This document shows positions 55,251 through 60,239 of a stretch of DNA of 60,239 nucleotides, piece after piece (the stretch's first letter is position 1; every line of letters starts with the position of its first letter). Source of the DNA: Octopus bimaculoides. Its lineage: Eukaryota. The DNA is taken from assembly GCF_001194135.2 (NCBI RefSeq), contig NC_068995.1, forward strand, positions 20,685,937 through 20,746,175, in the 5' to 3' direction. The position numbers and the translations under genes were made by a program. Under the pieces are notes generated by a model. The model made no database searches, was not told the DNA's origin, and was given only the letters and a program-made list of their open reading frames with translations.

Positions 55251-56149
55251 CCCACTAAAAATTATTCGTCAGCACAGGTATTACTTGTACATCAAATCTT
55301 AAAATCATATAAATATATAACATATATATACACAAATATTATAGGAGGCAATTGCATAACCTTGATTATCAGCGTACACCATATTAAATATATAAATATA
55401 TGCTGAATATTCATACTAAGCCGAATATGCGTTACTGATGGGCGTAAGAAAACTGAAACAAGTGAGTGGTTTTCTCGAGTTTGCTTGAAGACTAAATCCA
55501 TTCTAACTTGCATTATCTGTATTTCTCACAATTTTCGAATCAGCAAAGCGATTAAAATAAACTTTCTTGCTTGTTATTTCTAGATTTTAAAGACCCTGAA
55601 CCGAGTTTTCGTCCACTAATTACTTGAATATTCTCACTTGAAACAAGCTTTTCAACTCACTTTATTACATTTGTGAAACCCAGCCTAGTTTATTATTTAC
55701 ATATAGCTCTCGCATTCGTTCACGATGTGTATTTCTATATCTTTATTGACTACATGTGCAAAAACACATTAAATATCTTGGTTATGTCTTCGATGCAGAT
55801 AAGCATTTCAATTGTATAATTCTAAATAATTCTCCATGGTCTTAGATATCGTTTATTTAAAAGACATGGAAGTGTGTGATTCCAATTAAAATATTGGAAA
55901 AATAAAAGAAAAACTCTGAGAATTAGCAGTCCATTCACACTATTATTTCAAAAAGGAGAGAAAACACTGAAAAATTTAGTTATAAATGTACTATTTATAG
56001 TATCGTTATAGATATACAATATGTTGTTACTGATATATTAATTATAAGATATGGGTGTATATACTAAGTACTATATGTAGTTATATATATATATAAGATA
56101 TAATCACAGAGATTGGATTTACAATATATAGATATACATTATACGAGCT

Positions 56150-56315
56150 TGTTTGCTTGCTTCATGCTCTTGCTTGATGGGGTTAAGGTCATCCCAGGTT
56201 AGTGGTCCTAAAAGACCTCATCATACGTGGAGCAGATCAGATCTGCCAGTGCCCGCCATCGCTGGTGGTCACGTGCCAGTCCCTCTGTATCCTCCAAGAT
56301 GACATCGAGCCTCTG
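56150..56315 (-). mobile_element. RTE LINE extreme 3' fragment
   Basis: LEDTEGLARDHQRWRALADLICST is typical of the RTE C-terminal A.DR..WR motif; short-repeat tail. Confidence 0.6.
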
Positions 56316-56684
56316 GATATATATGCTTTGAATTATATGTAGATATATTATGTACAAAAAAAAAAAAATAATGAGATGATCATAACTGTTCAATTATGGC
56401 TGACCTAGAATTGAACGAGAGTGACAAAAAATTCAAGGAGTTCACCATTACGTAGACATTTAAGGAATTCACCATTACGTCAGTGTCAATTTTTGCATGT
56501 GGAAAAACTATAATAGATGGGAAAACTATTATAGAAAGGGAATTCCAACTTTTATTGCTTACGTTGTTTAATTATTCTATACTTTCTACTAATTTACTGA
56601 TTTGCTCGTCGAAGCAGTAGAGTTGGTATTCGAAATGTAATTTCCCTTTTTGAAGAAGTCTAATCAGTTTCTGTTTCTTTTTTT

Positions 56685-56843
56685 ATCTTTTACTCGTTTC
56701 AGTCATTAGACTGCGGCCAGGCTGGGGCACCGCCTTCAAGAAGTTTTAGTCGAAAAACTCGTCATTCTGTCGGACTCCCTGCCGAACTGCTAATTTACGG
56801 GGATGTAAACAAACTATCACCGGTTGTCAACACAGATACAAAG

Positions 56844-56874
<31 letters not shown>

Positions 56875-57045
56875 AATATAAATAAACGACAGGCTTCTGT
56901 CGGTTTCTGTCTACCAAATCCACTCACAAAGCATTGGTCGGCCTGAGGCACTATATTAGAAGGCACTCTTCCAAGATGTCACGCAGTGGGTCTGAACTCG
57001 GAACCATGTGGTTGGGAAGCAATTCTAACCACGTAGTCCTGCGCC
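56685..57045 (-). mobile_element. CORE-like SINE
   Basis: Near full-length copy of the same family. Confidence 0.8.
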
Positions 57046-58904
57046 TATATTTCCTTACCCTTCATCATATTCAAAAAGCTGCTGTTGAAAAGATGATCAA
57101 TATAGAATATTTCTAAATACGCTGGTTCATTTCTTAGAGGGGTTTGTTTTGCTTTGGAACAAACAGCAATTCCTTAATTTTTCTTCCTCAGTCACGTGTT
57201 GAATGATATTCCATTGTAAGAAACAATTACACTTATTGGATAGCGAACGTCATAAGAAGATAATTTACTTATTAGATTAACGTTGGATTAAAGAGTGAGT
57301 TGCGAAGTTTATATTTTTCCCAATAGTAATGAATAATCAGTTATGAAAAATAACACGGTCATATGCAACTTTAGAAAACAAAAAATTCCACGTAGTTCAG
57401 TAAAAAATTGTACCTTGATAGTCTGTGTTATTTGAAATCGTTAAGTTTGTGAATAAAGTAATAGACAAATGGCTGCGCACAGCTTGGCAGGTCGGGTTTG
57501 AACAGCAGATGTTGAATTATTTTAACATTTAATATAGTATTTCAACTAAGCGTCGGAAATGGACACCAAACCAGAATGGAATTATCATCAGCTAAATAGA
57601 GAATTTCTTCTAGATTTATCTGGGAACAGGTAGCATATACGGCATAGATACCATATAATTTGGGAAGAGTTATCAAAATATATATGTATGTTACTTTTGA
57701 TAGACTGAGTTTATATTCAAAGCAGAATTACTTTATGTGTCGAAGCCGAAGTGACCCCATTGATAGATGAATAGCACTGAACCGGAAAAACTAGACAATT
57801 AACTCTGTCTACTGTGTAACGTTTCAGCTTAATGACGTGAAGGGTTTAATATATATACTTCCGTAAATTTCCTCTTATGGTAACTAAAAGACAAACCAAT
57901 TAGTTATTGATTGTTTTTGACTAAAAGTGGTTTTCTTTGATGAAGAAGAAACAAGGCTAAGTTATAAGAATAATTATCAAGATAATTTCTGACATAGAAC
58001 ATTATATTAATGACTGTCATATTTAATTTTGTCACCTTTATATATACAATATATCGTGACAGTTTAATTAAAAGAGGATTTTGATAATAAAACAATAATA
58101 TAGTAATGACAGCGCGTTAGATTAGTGAGTAACTGAAATGTTGACGAAACAAGTCTAATCGACTCACACAATTTAAACTTGATTTTCTAGATCGTGAGAT
58201 CAAATTCCGTCGAAGTCAGTATTAGCTTTCTTCACTCTAATAACACTTAAATACTCTCGAACATGTAACGATAGATTTCTAATCAATCCACTATCACGTT
58301 CTTTAAATTGCTTGAGTATGCCACAATGAGATTTAGTATATACAAAATTGACCAAATTGAAGAATGGGATAAGTGTCGCTTTAAATAATTTAGAGCATCT
58401 AAGTAGATTCAATATTTAACACACATACACACAAAGACATGCACGCTAATGTATGTGTATTCGGCTGAGCCATATACCGTGTTTTAAGTTTCGAGTTCAA
58501 ACGATTGTTCGGGCGGCAACAGTAAAGAGTCTAATGAAATATTAGTTACTTTGCTGCTATATCCAAGATAGCGTCAGCCAGCTCCTCGCTGTTCGATTGA
58601 CTAATATAGATCACTTGAGTCGATAATGGTAGGTTCTAAACGATATGAAAAAAAAAAAATCTATTTTAGACAAATAAGTAAAAATTTGCAAAAATAATAA
58701 GCAAATTAAAATCGATAATAATTACCATAATAACAGCAATCAACATAGTTTTAACTTGACTAAATCGCGAATACTTCCACATTCTCACCTACATCATGTG
58801 AGACAAGGGGTACTAAGTACTCACACGGAAATATTTCGTATTAAAGTAAGCAAAAAGACTTTGACGATTACTGTTATTACGCAAAGTATTAATCTTTTCT
58901 GCTC

Positions 58905-59103
58905 TAGGCACAAGGCCTGACATTTTGGAGGAGGTAGCCAGTCGATTAGATCGACCCGAATACGCAACTGGTACTTAATTTATCGACCCCGAAAGGATGA
59001 AAGGCAAAGTTGACCTCGGCAGAATTTGAACTCAGAACACAAAGACAGACGAAAAACCGCTAGGCATTACGCCCGGCGTGCTAAAATTTCTACCAGCTCG
59101 CCA
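58905..59103 (-). mobile_element. Second SINE family copy (full length)
   Basis: CTAGGCACAAGGCCTGA...GCCCGGCGTGCTAA..CCAGCTCGCC. Confidence 0.85.
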
Positions 59104-59440
59104 CATTTACGTTAAGTATTATTACCATTATGTTTAATAATTATTATTTTGCTAATTGTTACATTTTAAAAAAGTTTTCTGTTTGTTATTATCTTTTACT
59201 TGCAATTATTTTTTTGCTGCTTTTTTCTTAATTTGATAAAAAAATATTCTCACACTGTATGAAAAATGTTAATTTCGTTTGTTACTCACAGCCTTTGTAA
59301 TCGACTCATATGGTATATCGCAGCAACTGGAATATTGAGGTTGCAATGTCACCTTGGGCAACAGAAATGTTCATTAAAGGTAATGCTATTGCTACTTCGG
59401 AGTAATCTTTATCTTAATATGTCAATATATATGTGTGTGT

Positions 59441-59487
<47 letters not shown>

Positions 59488-59519
59488 TGTGTGTTNNNNN
59501 NNNNNATATATGTGTGTGT

Positions 59520-59560
<41 letters not shown>

Positions 59561-59569
59561 TTTGAGTCT

Positions 59570-59720
59570 GTTTGTCGCCACCGACCATCACTTGACAACC
59601 AATGTTGATGTGTTTGCGTCCCCGTAACGTAGCAGTTCGGCAAGAGGAAACGATAGAATAAGTTCTAGGCTAAAAAAAAGTCCTCGGTTCGATTTGTTCG
59701 ACTAAAACCCTCCAACCCTT
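59570..59720 (+). mobile_element. CORE-like SINE 3' fragment
   Basis: GCAGTTCGGCAAGAGGAAACGATAGAATAAG..TTTGTTCGACTAAA matches the family tail. Confidence 0.65.
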
Positions 59721-59724
59721 GTGT

Positions 59725-60150
59725 GTAAGCGCGCGCAATCGGATGTGTGATGTACATCTAAGCACACATGCACATTTATAGAAGTATGGATGTATACACG
59801 CAAATATATGGGCAAATACTTGCACATATATACATATATACTCCCACATCCACCGCCTCTTCTTACTTCAAACGACTGATTTCTTGTACACCACATGATC
59901 GATCTGCTGTTCACCACGCGGTCGATTTCTTGTACACCATGCCGTATTTTCCCCAAAAATTGTTGTCGCTGAAACATCAACATCAGACTGCTATACCACG
60001 TGACCTTTCTCGACTAATTGTAGGTTAACGGCCAGTAGTAAACATTGCCTCTCTTCAATCGAGCTCTCATTCAGACCCCAAACGCCGAAGATTGGCCACA
60101 CGCTTGAAAATCAGAGTACCAAGGAGTCTGAATCAAACTGTTTTGATCTA
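59725..60150 (+). mobile_element. Diverged 3' end (copy D) of the same PLE family
   Basis: Shares GTGACC..CTCGAC, GCTTGAAA..AGAGTACCA and TGAATCAAACTGTTTTGATC with A-C. Upstream motifs (CACGCAAA.TATATG, CCGCC.CTTC.TACTT, CAACATCA) match the reverse complement of ~1390-1640. Confidence 0.7.
60070..60132 (+). ncRNA. Hammerhead-like motif copy D, degenerate
   Basis: TTCAGAC...CCGAAGA-TTGGCCACACGCTT-GAAA-ATCAGA-GTA-CCA...GTCTGAA; the distal helix I is retained through compensatory changes. Confidence 0.45.
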
Positions 60151-60187
60151 CATATATACATACATATAATAGCATATATATACATAC

Positions 60188-60239
<52 letters not shown>

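Overview
Repeat-saturated, AT-rich animal DNA with many N gaps, mostly bordered by microsatellites. From memory of its SINE, MITE and microsatellite families it looks like an Octopus (cephalopod) scaffold; this is inference, with no search run. I found no confidently supportable host protein-coding gene, and most ORF-track entries are translated microsatellites or gaps. The window contains decayed mobile elements: an R4/Dong-type RLE LINE, an L1/Tx1 LINE, several RTE fragments (one with C-terminal C2H2 fingers), three mariner relics, many tRNA-derived SINEs, MITEs and Penelope-like (PLE) ends. The most notable hidden layer is nine type-I hammerhead-ribozyme-like motifs in several distinct sequence families. 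They include a near-canonical one at 39630-39704 and a four-copy PLE-terminal family showing compensatory base changes and a shared non-canonical helix II base. Also notable are a tRNA-like Pol III cassette bracketed by 90-bp direct repeats and two fold-back (dsRNA-forming) repeat arrangements.
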